DNA of 64,000 nucleotides from Opitutia bacterium (GTDB lineage Bacteria; Verrucomicrobiota; Verrucomicrobiia; Opitutales; T3Sed10-336): NCBI GenBank assembly GCA_003558065.1, contig PWMU01000188.1, positions 14,936 to 78,935 of the forward strand, read 5' to 3'. Shown piece by piece: positions 55,093 to 64,000 of this stretch (position 1 is its first letter; each line of letters starts with the position of its first letter). The notes under the pieces were generated by a model. It saw only the letters and a program-made list of their open reading frames with translations, ran no database searches and was not told where the DNA came from. The position numbers and the translations under genes were made by a program.

Positions 55093-56130
55093 TTGTTGCC
55101 GGTGAATCCGCAAAAGCAGCCGACGCTCCAGGACATCGCCGACCGGGCCGGGGTTTCGCGCATGACCGTTTCACTGGCCCTGCGCAACGATCCGCGCATC
55201 GCCGCCAAAACCCGGCGCCGCCTGCAGAAACTGGCCGAGGAGATGGGCTACCGCCGGAATCCGTTGGTTTCGGTGCTGATGAGCAACATCCGGGCACGCC
55301 GCGAAATCAAGAACCGGGTGCTGCTGGCATTCATCGCCCACAAGGATTACCGGCAGTCTCCGGTTCTCGCCAACTACATGGACGGCGCCCGGAACCGGGC
55401 GGAGGAGCTGGGATACCAACTGGAGCCGTTCTGGATCGACGACAAAGCCTCGAAGTCCCGGCGCCTGAGCCGGATCCTCTTCAATCGCGGAATTTCCGGC
55501 CTGGTCGTCTCCCCGATGCCCTCCCCAAACCAGTCTTTGGCGCTCGAATGGAGCCTGTTCGCCACGGCGGTAATCGGCCATCCGTTGCCGGGCGTGCCCC
55601 TGAATCGCGCCGTTCACCACCAGTTCCAGGGCATCAGCGAAGCCCTGGCCCGGCTCCACGATCTGGGCTACCGGCGTCCGGGGCTGGCCCTGAGCACCGA
55701 GCAGGACGAACGCGTCGAACACAACTGGCTGGGCGGTTTCCTCGCCCACCAGCGATTGCTCCGCTTCGAAAAGGTCCCGGTTCTCCTCGCCGGGCTCTGG
55801 GACCGGCCGACCTTCTCCAAATGGTTTCTGCGTCACCGTCCCGACGCGATCATCAGCATGGACGAAAACGTGCTTCACTGGCTCGAACACCTCGAGGTCA
55901 AGGTTCCCGGCGACGCGGGTTTCGCCCACCTGAACTGGGAAAAGGAACTTGGCGAGGTCGCGGGAATCGACCAGGACTCCCGGTCGATCGGCGCGGGCGC
56001 GGTCGACCTGGTCGTCGCTCAACTTCACCGAAACGAACGCGGCGTTCCCGCGGGAGCGAAGGTGGTCCTGATCGAGGGAAAATGGCACCCGGCCGGAACG
56101 GTTCGGCGGATTCCCCCGAATGGGACCTGA
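55093..56130 (+). CDS. LacI-family transcriptional regulator
   Basis: [51 protein letters not shown] plus a periplasmic-binding-like core. The start codon is non-ATG and uncertain (TTG 55093 or GTG 55102). Confidence 0.85.
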   Translation: MLPVNPQKQPTLQDIADRAGVSRMTVSLALRNDPRIAAKTRRRLQKLAEEMGYRRNPLVSVLMSNIRARREIKNRVLLAFIAHKDYRQSPVLANYMDGARNRAEELGYQLEPFWIDDKASKSRRLSRILFNRGISGLVVSPMPSPNQSLALEWSLFATAVIGHPLPGVPLNRAVHHQFQGISEALARLHDLGYRRPGLALSTEQDERVEHNWLGGFLAHQRLLRFEKVPVLLAGLWDRPTFSKWFLRHRPDAIISMDENVLHWLEHLEVKVPGDAGFAHLNWEKELGEVAGIDQDSRSIGAGAVDLVVAQLHRNERGVPAGAKVVLIEGKWHPAGTVRRIPPNGT

Positions 56131-56180
56131 GGCCCTGGTAGCGAAAGCGTTCTTGGGGATCAACTCTTGATCCGCTCGCG

Positions 56181-56660
56181 TGAGTCCCTTATTGATAAAA
56201 TCTAGCGCGATTCGAGCAAGAATTTCGCCAAGGCACACATTGGATGGGGTCACGGGGATTGCGCCCCGTGACCCTTCCACATCACCGGACATGCGGTTTT
56301 CCGCATCCGGCGATTGAACCCGGCGGGAGTCATTTGCATGCTCCCGCGACCTTCCACGGCAGGATAAACCCATAGTGGTCCAGTTGTTTGTTACTCAGTG
56401 CCTGGTGTGTCACCCAGTGACGTGCCATCCGCCAAGCCCCGGCTCTGCTGTAGGCATTGCCCAAGGCTCGACCTTTGACTCCGAGGCGGCGCAGGGCGTT
56501 GAGACGCCCACGGGCTTTTTCCAGCGCAGCCAGAAGCATTTGCGCATATTCCCCCCATCGGACCAGGTTCGACCCGTCCGCGAATCAGCCCGTCGACGAA
56601 GCCCCCCGCGGGGCCTCCGGATTAAGCTTCTTGATCTTCGGACTCGGAACCGGCGCAATT
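56181..56660 (-). mobile_element. group II intron 3' remnant: frameshifted maturase C-terminus + domain V + terminal hairpin + 50-nt conserved tail
   Basis: Minus-strand frames read ...RKCFWLRWKKP, then a frameshift, then RGRLNALRRLGVKGRALGNAYSRAGAWRMARHWVTHQALSNKQLDHYGF. This is the typical intron-encoded-protein C-terminal pattern. Domain V lies at 56283-56312. No RT domain or 5' intron domains are present; the next gene's stop sits at 56666. Confidence 0.6.
56283..56312 (-). ncRNA. group II intron domain V
   Basis: Minus-strand RNA CGCCGGAUGCGG-AAAA-CCGCAUGUCCGGUG. It has a lower stem with a CGC triad whose G pairs with U. It also has a 2-nt GU bulge on the 3' strand, an upper stem and a tetraloop. 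Compare the canonical GAGCCGUAUGCGAUGAAAGUCGCACGUACGGUUC. Confidence 0.6.
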
Positions 56661-56665
56661 TGACT

Positions 56666-58903
56666 TCACGGTTTCTTCCCTCCATACAGTTCTACCATTG
56701 AGTTCACCTGCGGGCGGGCGCCGCTGGCGATCAGTCCGTTGGGGGAGTTGGCGTCGCCGCTTGAGACCTGCGCCGCTTGTTCCATTGACTCAAGTTTTTC
56801 GGCCCAACGGCTCAAATGGGCGACTTCGCGTCGTGCGGCCTCCTCATCCCCTTGACGGTGCGCCTGGGTCGCCCGGACCAGACGGTGATAGAGGTGCATC
56901 ACGGCCTCGCCGTAAGCGAAGCGCTCTTCGACATCGCGAAGGCGCATGACCTCGACCGGGTCTGCCGGGGCTGCCAGGGCTTTGTCGAGAAAATCGCGGG
57001 CGGTTTTGCTGTATTCAGCCATTTCGGAGATCGAGGTGCCGAGGCTGTCGTCCGGCTCGTAGCCCAGATGTTTCACCGGGAAAATCCCGTTTTTCTCCTC
57101 ACGGAGCCACTCCCGCAAATCGTAGGAGAGTCCGTGGGCCGTATCGATTCTCGCCTTCCAGGAGGCGATGTTTTCGGTGGCTTTCTCCAGGGCCGAATAA
57201 AACCCGGTCATCTCCCGGTGAGCGCCCGGGTAATACAATTCCATGAAATCCCCGGTCAACCCGTCGATGCCGGCGTCGACGTTCCACAGCACGCGCGACA
57301 ACAATCGGTGGTTGAGCGCCCACGGTCCCCAGTTCCCGTGTAACACGTGCATGAAATGGAAATGCCGGACCCCTGCTTCGTAATAGTCCGGAATGTCCTC
57401 GCGCAGGATGCGGGGGAATACGAACGGCTGCGACTGATAGGAACTCAAGTTGTAATATTCTCCGATCCGCAACGCCCCCCGGTAAAGCCGGTCCTCACCG
57501 GTCCACCCCTCCAGCGCCGCCCGAATCGGCCCGTTGATTTCGCGACAGGCCTCGTCCGCGAGTCCGTGCGCGTAGCAACGGCGGAAGGGAAAAAAAGTGA
57601 CCGAAATGTTTTCGTAATCAAAATCGGGCGGCAGAGGCCGGGAGGGCGGAGCGACCGTCTCCAGGTACGCCAGGGTCGAAACGTGAATCCCACGCTCGAG
57701 CCTGCCCAGTTCCCGAGCGATCCGCAGTGCGTCATTGACCCGGTGAACCGTCAGCAGCAAACGATCGGTATAGGTCCCCTCGGCCCGACATTCCCCGCAC
57801 TCGCACCAACGGCCGGCATCCACCATCCAGAACTCCAATACATCCGCGTGCTTCAAGCGCCCTTCAGCCAGGCTGGAGATCAGGTTCTTCGAAAGCTCCG
57901 CCGTCGCATCGGGATTCGAGGTGCAGTAATTGACGCCTTGCCGGCGGACATTCGGATCGCGCTCGCCGTCCACCCATCCATACCATTCCGGGTGGACGTC
58001 GAAATACGTCGGCCGCCCCTCCCGTTCGCGCGCCTCGACCCGCTCGCGGGCTCCCGGTTCCAACGTATAGGGGGTTTCCCGCCGATCCGTCTCGGCGGCC
58101 TCCTCCCAGGGCAGCCGGTACGGGTACTCCGCTTCCGGATCCAGGTAGTGCGGCTGGATCGAATGGAGACCTCCGTTCAACCGAATACCCCATTTCTTTA
58201 ATAGCGGGATACTTTCCTCCTCCTCGTAGGCCGACCAAAGATTGAAGCGGTTCCGGGCCATCCACAGGAAAAAATCGTCCAGCTCCCCGCCCCGCTTCCC
58301 GGTCATAAACCCACGGATCAGGTAATCCGGGGATTCCTCCAAATGAAGGTCACCCGGCAGCGCGTCAACAGGATCGGGATACACAATCCCCTCCTCCCCC
58401 ATTCCGAAAAACCGGTACCCGATCTCCTCTAGAAACGCGTACACGCCGTAAAGCACGCCCGTTCTCCCGGCGCCCTCGATGCGGATGACCACCCGGTCTT
58501 CGTCCTCGCGCGCCCGCACACGGAACGCATCGCGAGGGTTCGTATCCGCATCACCGAGCCAAGGATTCTCACCCTCTTTCGGCGGACCCAGAACCATCAC
58601 GTCTCCCTCCGGGAGAACGCCCGGCTCTTCAAAAACAATGTCGTCGACATCCGCTTCCCTTAAAGACGCGGCGAGAAACCGCCGCAGTTCCACGGCGGCG
58701 AAGCTTTCCGTGCAGGCGCGTACGGCGGGGGCCTCCTCGAGCGACCAATCAACCTGATTTTCGGCCTGCGCCGCTTCCTCCACCGACTGAAACGGCCCGG
58801 AATCGACAATGATTGTCAGTCGCGGGGCTCCTTCGATCGTCCCGGAGTGACCCGCCACCAGCCCCGAAAGCGTCAAGAAAAAGGCGACAAAGGTCCGATT
58901 CAT
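56666..58903 (-). CDS. secreted DUF4838-like (glycoside-hydrolase-related) protein
   Basis: Signal peptide MNRTFVAFFLTLSGLVAGHSG. The Cys cluster WMVDAGRWCECGECRAEG and overall layout recall DUF4838 proteins. The assignment is from memory of the family only. Confidence 0.6.
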   Translation of the reverse strand: MNRTFVAFFLTLSGLVAGHSGTIEGAPRLTIIVDSGPFQSVEEAAQAENQVDWSLEEAPAVRACTESFAAVELRRFLAASLREADVDDIVFEEPGVLPEGDVMVLGPPKEGENPWLGDADTNPRDAFRVRAREDEDRVVIRIEGAGRTGVLYGVYAFLEEIGYRFFGMGEEGIVYPDPVDALPGDLHLEESPDYLIRGFMTGKRGGELDDFFLWMARNRFNLWSAYEEEESIPLLKKWGIRLNGGLHSIQPHYLDPEAEYPYRLPWEEAAETDRRETPYTLEPGARERVEAREREGRPTYFDVHPEWYGWVDGERDPNVRRQGVNYCTSNPDATAELSKNLISSLAEGRLKHADVLEFWMVDAGRWCECGECRAEGTYTDRLLLTVHRVNDALRIARELGRLERGIHVSTLAYLETVAPPSRPLPPDFDYENISVTFFPFRRCYAHGLADEACREINGPIRAALEGWTGEDRLYRGALRIGEYYNLSSYQSQPFVFPRILREDIPDYYEAGVRHFHFMHVLHGNWGPWALNHRLLSRVLWNVDAGIDGLTGDFMELYYPGAHREMTGFYSALEKATENIASWKARIDTAHGLSYDLREWLREEKNGIFPVKHLGYEPDDSLGTSISEMAEYSKTARDFLDKALAAPADPVEVMRLRDVEERFAYGEAVMHLYHRLVRATQAHRQGDEEAARREVAHLSRWAEKLESMEQAAQVSSGDANSPNGLIASGARPQVNSMVELYGGKKP

Positions 58904-58960
58904 ACCGTCAGTCCCATAAACAGCCAAGCATTACCGGCCGGCAGCGGCCGCATGGCTGAT

Positions 58961-60409
58961 TCAGTAATCCTCGCCGCGGATGCTGCGTATGACCGACTCT
59001 TCCCACCGGCGAAGCTCGGCCTGCATCCGCCGGGCACGGTCGGGATACCGGTCGATCAGGTTGTTCCGCTCCCCCTTGTCGTCGGCGAGATTGAACAGGA
59101 GGTGGTCGCCGCCGCCGCGGCGGTGCAACTTCCACACGCCGTCGATCCACGCCGAGGGCCCCGGCCGGCCGGCCGCCTCCGCGTAATCAAGATCGGGCCC
59201 GTAAAGGCGCCCCTCGTTGATCTCTTCGGGCTCACCGGCCTGCTGCTGCTCATAAAGTTCCCTGACGATCCCGTCGCTGCGCATGCGCTGACCCTCCGCC
59301 GCTCCGTAATGCCAGAAACCCAGCGGCTGGGGCCGGTCCTGCATGCGGCCCTCGATATGGGAAACAAGACTGATGCCGTCCAACGGCCGGTCGTGCCCGA
59401 CTTCCGCGCCGGCGAGCTCCAACAAGGTCGGATAGATATCGACGGTCCCGGCAGGCACCTGGCTGATACGCGGCTCGACGCGCCCGGGCCATTCGACGAG
59501 CGCGGGCACGCGGATTCCGCCCTCCCACAACTCCCCCTTGATCCCGCGGAGCCCGCGGTGCTCGGCCCCGTCCCTGGGCCGGCCGCCGTTGTCGCTTGAA
59601 AACCACAGCAGTGTATCCCGCTCAATGCCCAAATCCCGCAGTTCCTCGCGAATCATCCCCATGGCCCGATCCACACCGGTAATCTCACCGTAATAATTAC
59701 GCAGTTGTTCGGGCAAGTCCGGGTAAAGGGCCTGAAGTTCGTCGACAGCGTCATGGGGGGTATGCGGGGCGCCGAACCAGATGACCGCGAAAAACGGTTC
59801 CCCGCTCCCGGCCGCCTCCCTGATAAAAGGAAGCGCCTCTTCAACCGTAACAGCCGAGCTTTCGCCGTGGACTTGGACCGCCTTGCCGTTGCGACTGAAC
59901 CAGGGATCGTTCTCGTAGAAATTGGGAGCCGCGGACCAAACCTCGAAACCATGTCCACCCGGGCTCGTCGGGCTGTCCGCGCGCACCGATCCCAGATGCC
60001 ATTTGCCAAAAAAGCCCGTGCGATAGCCCGCCTCTCGCAGGGCGTTTGCCACCGTGTGCTCCTGCTCCCTCAACACATTCCCCCACGTAAAGGTTCCCGA
60101 CCGGTTGGGGTGCCGACCGGTCATGACGCTTGCCCGCGTCGGCGAGCAAACCGGCGACGCCGTGTAAAAACGGTCCATGCGCAGGCCGTTCTCCGCCATC
60201 TCGTCAAGCTCCGGCGTCCGGAGATGCCGATGGCCCATGTAGCCGACATCCCCGTAGCCCTGATCGTCCGTCATGGTAAAAATGACGTTCGGCGGGCGAT
60301 CCCCCTCCGCATGGAGAGACGTTGTCACACCCGTCATCGCCAAAGCCAGTATTCCAGCTACAACGCACCCCAAAGGCACGCCGATAGTGGTCAAAGTCCG
60401 CATTTTCAT
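58961..60409 (-). CDS. sulfatase (formylglycine-dependent, arylsulfatase A-like)
   Basis: PNVIFTMTDDQGYGDVGYMGH and the FGly motif CSPTRASVMTGR, with a signal peptide. The start is taken at MKMRTL. Confidence 0.9.
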   Translation of the reverse strand: MKMRTLTTIGVPLGCVVAGILALAMTGVTTSLHAEGDRPPNVIFTMTDDQGYGDVGYMGHRHLRTPELDEMAENGLRMDRFYTASPVCSPTRASVMTGRHPNRSGTFTWGNVLREQEHTVANALREAGYRTGFFGKWHLGSVRADSPTSPGGHGFEVWSAAPNFYENDPWFSRNGKAVQVHGESSAVTVEEALPFIREAAGSGEPFFAVIWFGAPHTPHDAVDELQALYPDLPEQLRNYYGEITGVDRAMGMIREELRDLGIERDTLLWFSSDNGGRPRDGAEHRGLRGIKGELWEGGIRVPALVEWPGRVEPRISQVPAGTVDIYPTLLELAGAEVGHDRPLDGISLVSHIEGRMQDRPQPLGFWHYGAAEGQRMRSDGIVRELYEQQQAGEPEEINEGRLYGPDLDYAEAAGRPGPSAWIDGVWKLHRRGGGDHLLFNLADDKGERNNLIDRYPDRARRMQAELRRWEESVIRSIRGEDY

Positions 60410-60579
60410 GAACTGAGAAATAACCGCGCCGGCGCCTCCGTACAAGAAAAAGCCTGACCTTCCCGTTTCGATTCATCGAAGCAAAATCCCCGGTCGCACA
60501 ATTTCAACCATGTGAATGGCCTCCCAATTGCCCGGTATACCGTGACCGCCCATTAATGTTGCTATGTATCTCGTGATAC

Positions 60580-60883
60580 TGAGTCCCTTATTGGTGAAAT
60601 GTCGCGCGAATCGCGCAAGCATTTCGCCATGGGGCATCAATGCAATGCACGCATCCTGCGTGCGAAATTCACGCTTCTACTCAGCATCATGCAAACTCCC
60701 GTGCTTGCCGGGAGAAGCGTGAGCTACTTCGTCAAACCGCTCTTGGTACCGGCTCCGCGGGGTTGGGAGGAGGTTGCGTTCGTGCGGGTTGCCGCGGGAT
60801 TGCTTTTTCCACCAAACGCCTTGGAGCTTGCCCATTTCTTTCTCCTTCCAGAACATCCCCGCGTATCCCTTGTCCGGAATCAC
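60580..60883 (-). mobile_element. second, more decayed group II intron 3' remnant
   Basis: The 50-nt tail 60580-60629 matches 56181-56230 at 43/50 positions by hand alignment. A hairpin (60647-60663) sits at the same spacing. Minus ORF 60677..60883 contains LQGVWWKKQSRGNPHERNLL, comparable to CFWLRWKKP/RGRLNALRRL in the first copy. Domain V is not intact. Confidence 0.35.
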
Positions 60884-60901
60884 TCAGTCACTTGCTGGAG
60901 A

Positions 60902-61648
60902 ATGCACAAAACCACACGACACTCGATCCTGCTCAGAACCCGCCTTCTGGCGATCCTCGTGCTTGCCGCCGGTCCGGCTCTCGCGTCGGAAACCGTTATC
61001 CCCGATCCGCAACCGGAAGAGGCGACGCGGGAGGAGTCCGGTTACCTGGAACAGCTGGAACTTCGCTCGATAGTGAACCTTCCGGGGGGCACATTGTTCA
61101 GTCTGCGCGACCCGGAGCACGACCGCTCGTTCTGGATCGAGGAGGGCGAGGCGCGTCACGGGATTCAGGTGCTGGCCTTCGATCCCGAACGTCAGGTGCT
61201 GGCCGTGCGTTATGGGCCGGCCACCCGGGAGATTCCGCTGAGTCACGCCCGCATCCGGGATATCGAGGAACTTGAAGAAGAGGAACGCGAACGCGTCCGG
61301 GCCCGCTGGCGGGAGCGCGTGGAGGAACGCCGCGCGTTCCAGAAACGCTGGCAGGAAGCCGTGCAGGACTCGCCGGAGCTGCGCGAAATCGAGGATCATA
61401 CCCGGGACATCGTCAACGAAATGCGCGAACTGCGCGAAGCACTCGCCGAGGCGCAAGAGGGCTCGGCCGAGTACGATCGCCTCCGGGACCAACAGCGTTT
61501 CATCGCCGAAGAGTACCGGCTCCTCGAGTCCTACTCACGGGACACCGTCGCCGGTCACCCCGCCTTCGAACCCGAAGACGTCGAGACCGTGGAACTCCTC
61601 CAGCAACTCGTCCGCTACGCCTGGCCGGAATTTGAAGTAACAGACTGA
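60902..61648 (+). CDS. secreted hypothetical protein with E/R-rich helical C-terminal half
   Basis: Signal peptide MHKTTRHSILLRTRLLAILVLAAGPALASE. The 5' part of ORF 60599..61648 lies over the intron remnant and is probably not coding. Confidence 0.55.
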   Translation: MHKTTRHSILLRTRLLAILVLAAGPALASETVIPDPQPEEATREESGYLEQLELRSIVNLPGGTLFSLRDPEHDRSFWIEEGEARHGIQVLAFDPERQVLAVRYGPATREIPLSHARIRDIEELEEEERERVRARWRERVEERRAFQKRWQEAVQDSPELREIEDHTRDIVNEMRELREALAEAQEGSAEYDRLRDQQRFIAEEYRLLESYSRDTVAGHPAFEPEDVETVELLQQLVRYAWPEFEVTD

Positions 61649-62138
61649 AGCGCGCGTCAACACACTTCCGGCGCGCCCTTCACCGGCTCGACAAAGACAA
61701 AGCCGCGGCTTCGTGTCCATGCAGGTTCAACGAATCTGTGAAAATCGTGGGGAGGAATACGTGGACGAGGACGTTGCGGGCCGCCTTCTGAGCGAAGCCG
61801 AGAAATCCGAGCGAGCCGGCACCGAAGTGAACGTGCGGCACTACTGCGGGGCTTGAAGGTGAACAACCAAACGACTCTGCGGAAATTCGTATAATCTGCG
61901 GATAGCCAATCAGGAAACTCGGTATGTGATCCGCAGATTTCGCTGATGAGCGCAGATTTACCTTCAATCACGGTGACACAGCCAGTCCTGTGTGCGGTTC
62001 TACTGCTGACGTGCCAACCAGGTTTTACAGTAGCGGCCGCTCCTCCAGCTTCAGCGTGCGTGCGGGGGACGCCGCCGGCAACTGGAGCGGGGCGGAAGCT
62101 AATTCGAGCAATCGTGCGTGACCGACTAGCCGCCTGGA

Positions 62139-62840
62139 TCAGCTCTCCTCCTCGATCGGGTAACCGAGGTTAACCCAATGGACGCGCAGGTTTTCTTGAA
62201 TGTCCAGGAGCTTCGGATTCGTAAGTCCCTTTTCCTTGAGCAGCTGGAAGGCCGGGCGAATATTCGGACAGTCCTCGAACGGGCAGCAACCGCAATAGAT
62301 GACGAGATCGACGTCTTTCGGATAAGCGGCAACGGTCGCCTTGAGCTCCGCCAGATTCTCGGATTCGCTAGTCGGCCCGATCACTTCGGAGCCTTTGATC
62401 CGGCCTCCCATGATGTGCCCGACGCCGCCTATATCCAGGATCACCGGATTCTCGCGGGCCGAATCCTCCAAAATCTCCGCAAGGTCGGCGGGATCCATAA
62501 GCTCCTCTTGCGTCCACGGCTCCGTCTGTTCCCCAGTGCCGCCGGAAGGATCGTGGGTAACGTCTTCCGTCGATTCCGAATCCCCGGCACAGCCCGAGAC
62601 CCCCGCGAAGACCAGCACCAGCAACCAGGAGTACACCGGGACGAACAAGGCCTGTTTCGGATTGTTCCTGTTCAGTCGGAAGTGCGCAATGGTTTGAATC
62701 AACATCAGGGGAACGAACACCCATCGCAGCGTGATTGCAAGTACCGGCCATGCCATTCGGGTCAGTCCACGAATTCCTGATTTCCGGGGGAACCCAAGTG
62801 ACCGAACCTGGAAAGTTCCACGCCTTCTTCTCCGGCACAT
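62139..62840 (-). CDS. rhodanese-like domain lipoprotein/membrane protein
   Basis: Lipobox-like FAGVSGCAG, then a rhodanese-like VILDIGGVGHIMGGRIKGS...DLVIYCGCCPFEDCPNIRPAFQLLKEKG. The start codon is uncertain. Confidence 0.6.
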   Translation of the reverse strand: MCRRRRRGTFQVRSLGFPRKSGIRGLTRMAWPVLAITLRWVFVPLMLIQTIAHFRLNRNNPKQALFVPVYSWLLVLVFAGVSGCAGDSESTEDVTHDPSGGTGEQTEPWTQEELMDPADLAEILEDSARENPVILDIGGVGHIMGGRIKGSEVIGPTSESENLAELKATVAAYPKDVDLVIYCGCCPFEDCPNIRPAFQLLKEKGLTNPKLLDIQENLRVHWVNLGYPIEEES

Positions 62841-63101
62841 TCCGGCCGCTGTTGTTGCTGCGCTACCGCCGGCCGTAAAGATACTTCGGAATCCGGCTCA
62901 ACAATCATCACCTCGGTTTCCTCGGTTCACTCTCACCTGGATCGACGAACGACATCCCCAAACGCAATTCGAATCAAGACAGAGGAAAAACCCAACCCTG
63001 GAAAGACGAAAAGGCCCCCCGGAGAGCCGCCGGAAGCGTACACGCGGAATCGAGATCTTCTTTCCCACCCGTCCACGGCATCCGTAAACACCGGTAGCGA
63101 G

Positions 63102-64000
63102 TCAGCGTCCGATCCCTTCGATTTCCACCTGGGCGAAATAGATTTTGGAACGGCTCTCATGAGAGGAGTAGTAGCTGATCCAGACGCGCCCGTCATGCCA
63201 GCGCATTCCCGCATAACTGGTGTCCCCGCCGCTCGGCAGGCGCAGGGCCGGCTTGAACGAGCCGGCATCGGGGTCGATCCACCCCACCCACGTCTCCCAT
63301 TCGCTCGTTCCGCCCCGGGGGTACATACGGACTGTGGCCAAAAGCCTGCCGTCGGGCAGCATCAGCATCTCCGGCCCTCCCAACCGCAGCCCGAGGCTCT
63401 TCCACCGCCACTCCGTATAGGGAGGACGGGCCACACCGATCTCGGCTTCCCGGTTCCCGCCGTCACGCCGGAGGAGCGCGTACGCGGTGCCGTCTCCGCC
63501 GAACACGATCGACGATTCGTTCGGATAGTCCCGCAGACCGAGGTCGGGAACCAGCACCTCGAAATCGCGCCCGTCGGCTGTCCGGTAGAGCCGCACACGG
63601 TCGCGCGAGGGCGTGTGATAGCCGATCCCGTAACCGTACCCTGAATCCGGGTTCCAGGTTATGCTCCACAGCCAGTAGTCGGCCTCGGCGATCTCGATCC
63701 GGTCCGTCCACGAATCGCCGTCCCGGGTGAACCAGGCGACCGGCTGATGACGCGGATCATGATCGGAACCGAAGGAACGCACGCCCAGCAGCATGAGTTC
63801 GCCCTCCGCGGTCACTTCCAGGTGGGCGTCGCGCAAATCCGAATCCGCATCCTCCATCAGCGCGACCGATTCCCAGTCGCTGCCGTCGTTCGACGCCAAC
63901 ACACGGATACTGCCGCTGTAATCCACGCCGTGGCGCTCGCCTTCGCGGAACGCAACGTACCACCTGTCATGAAAACGGGCGAGGCCGGTAAACGCGTTAT
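63102..64000 (-). CDS. BNR/sialidase-like beta-propeller protein, partial (N-terminus beyond window end)
   Basis: SNDGSDWES (BNR-type S-x-D-x-G-x-x-W) and recurring propeller strands. My own translation shows the frame stays open upstream of the track's GTG (63926) to position 64000. Confidence 0.6.
   Translation of the reverse strand, partial: NAFTGLARFHDRWYVAFREGERHGVDYSGSIRVLASNDGSDWESVALMEDADSDLRDAHLEVTAEGELMLLGVRSFGSDHDPRHQPVAWFTRDGDSWTDRIEIAEADYWLWSITWNPDSGYGYGIGYHTPSRDRVRLYRTADGRDFEVLVPDLGLRDYPNESSIVFGGDGTAYALLRRDGGNREAEIGVARPPYTEWRWKSLGLRLGGPEMLMLPDGRLLATVRMYPRGGTSEWETWVGWIDPDAGSFKPALRLPSGGDTSYAGMRWHDGRVWISYYSSHESRSKIYFAQVEIEGIGR

Noticed and set aside
61893-61939. Perfect 11-bp inverted repeat AATCTGCGGAT ... 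ATCCGCAGATT with a TATAAT just upstream (61890-61895)
   Set aside because: It could be an operator or an RNA hairpin. It lies in a region with only implausible ORFs, and I have no supporting context.
1-64000. CRISPR arrays, rRNA and tRNA genes
   Set aside because: I saw no regularly spaced direct repeats with unique spacers. I also noticed no rRNA-like conserved blocks and no cloverleaf/T-loop (GGTTCGAATCC-type) signatures on reading. A tRNAscan/Infernal run would be the definitive check.

Overview
This is a visibly GC-rich bacterial chromosomal segment. All domain calls come from reading the translations; no homology search was run. The gene content suggests a Verrucomicrobiota (Opitutae-like) genome. 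Supporting genes are a PEP-CTERM protein, an H-X9-DG prepilin-like protein, DUF1573, a sulfatase, a DUF4838-like protein, a LacI regulator and very large secreted beta-propeller proteins.

Ordinary content includes:
- nadB, panC, a DapL-like aminotransferase and a RecD2-like helicase
- an Mla/Pqi-like lipid-transport operon
- a NarL-type two-component cluster with three response regulators
- HAD phosphatases, an AraC regulator, a PhyH-family dioxygenase and a gamma-carbonic-anhydrase-like protein
- a DUF1573 / rhodanese / MauE cluster

I recognised no rRNA, tRNA or CRISPR array.

The stand-out is a tightly packed, co-directional 13-gene operon at 37661-51299 (+). I cannot assign it to any described system. 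In order it encodes:
1. a protein made of five ribosomal L7/L12 C-terminal-domain-like repeats
2. a TPR-like helical protein
3. four tandem paralogs of an uncharacterised alpha+beta family (signature LELGFTPxFYQ ... SS.L..KLVP.P.P)
4. an Arg/Glu/Lys-rich long-helix protein
5. three more divergent family members fused to an Ig-like domain or to PASTA domains, one also with a sigma70-region-4-like HTH and a coiled coil
6. two paralogous amidase_2 (N-acetylmuramoyl-L-alanine amidase type) proteins, one with a LysM-like insert
7. a patatin-like phospholipase whose catalytic halves are separated by about 8 transmembrane helices

None of the soluble products has a recognisable signal peptide. I see no phage, T6SS or contractile-injection hallmark genes. 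I propose it as a candidate undescribed envelope-targeting, lysis or conflict system.

Other notable items:
- two decayed group II intron 3' remnants, one with a textbook domain V, flanking a DUF4838-sulfatase gene pair
- a HicA-like toxin remnant at the operon's left edge
- a terminator hairpin reused at two convergent gene junctions
- two 7-bp-periodic NAAC arrays
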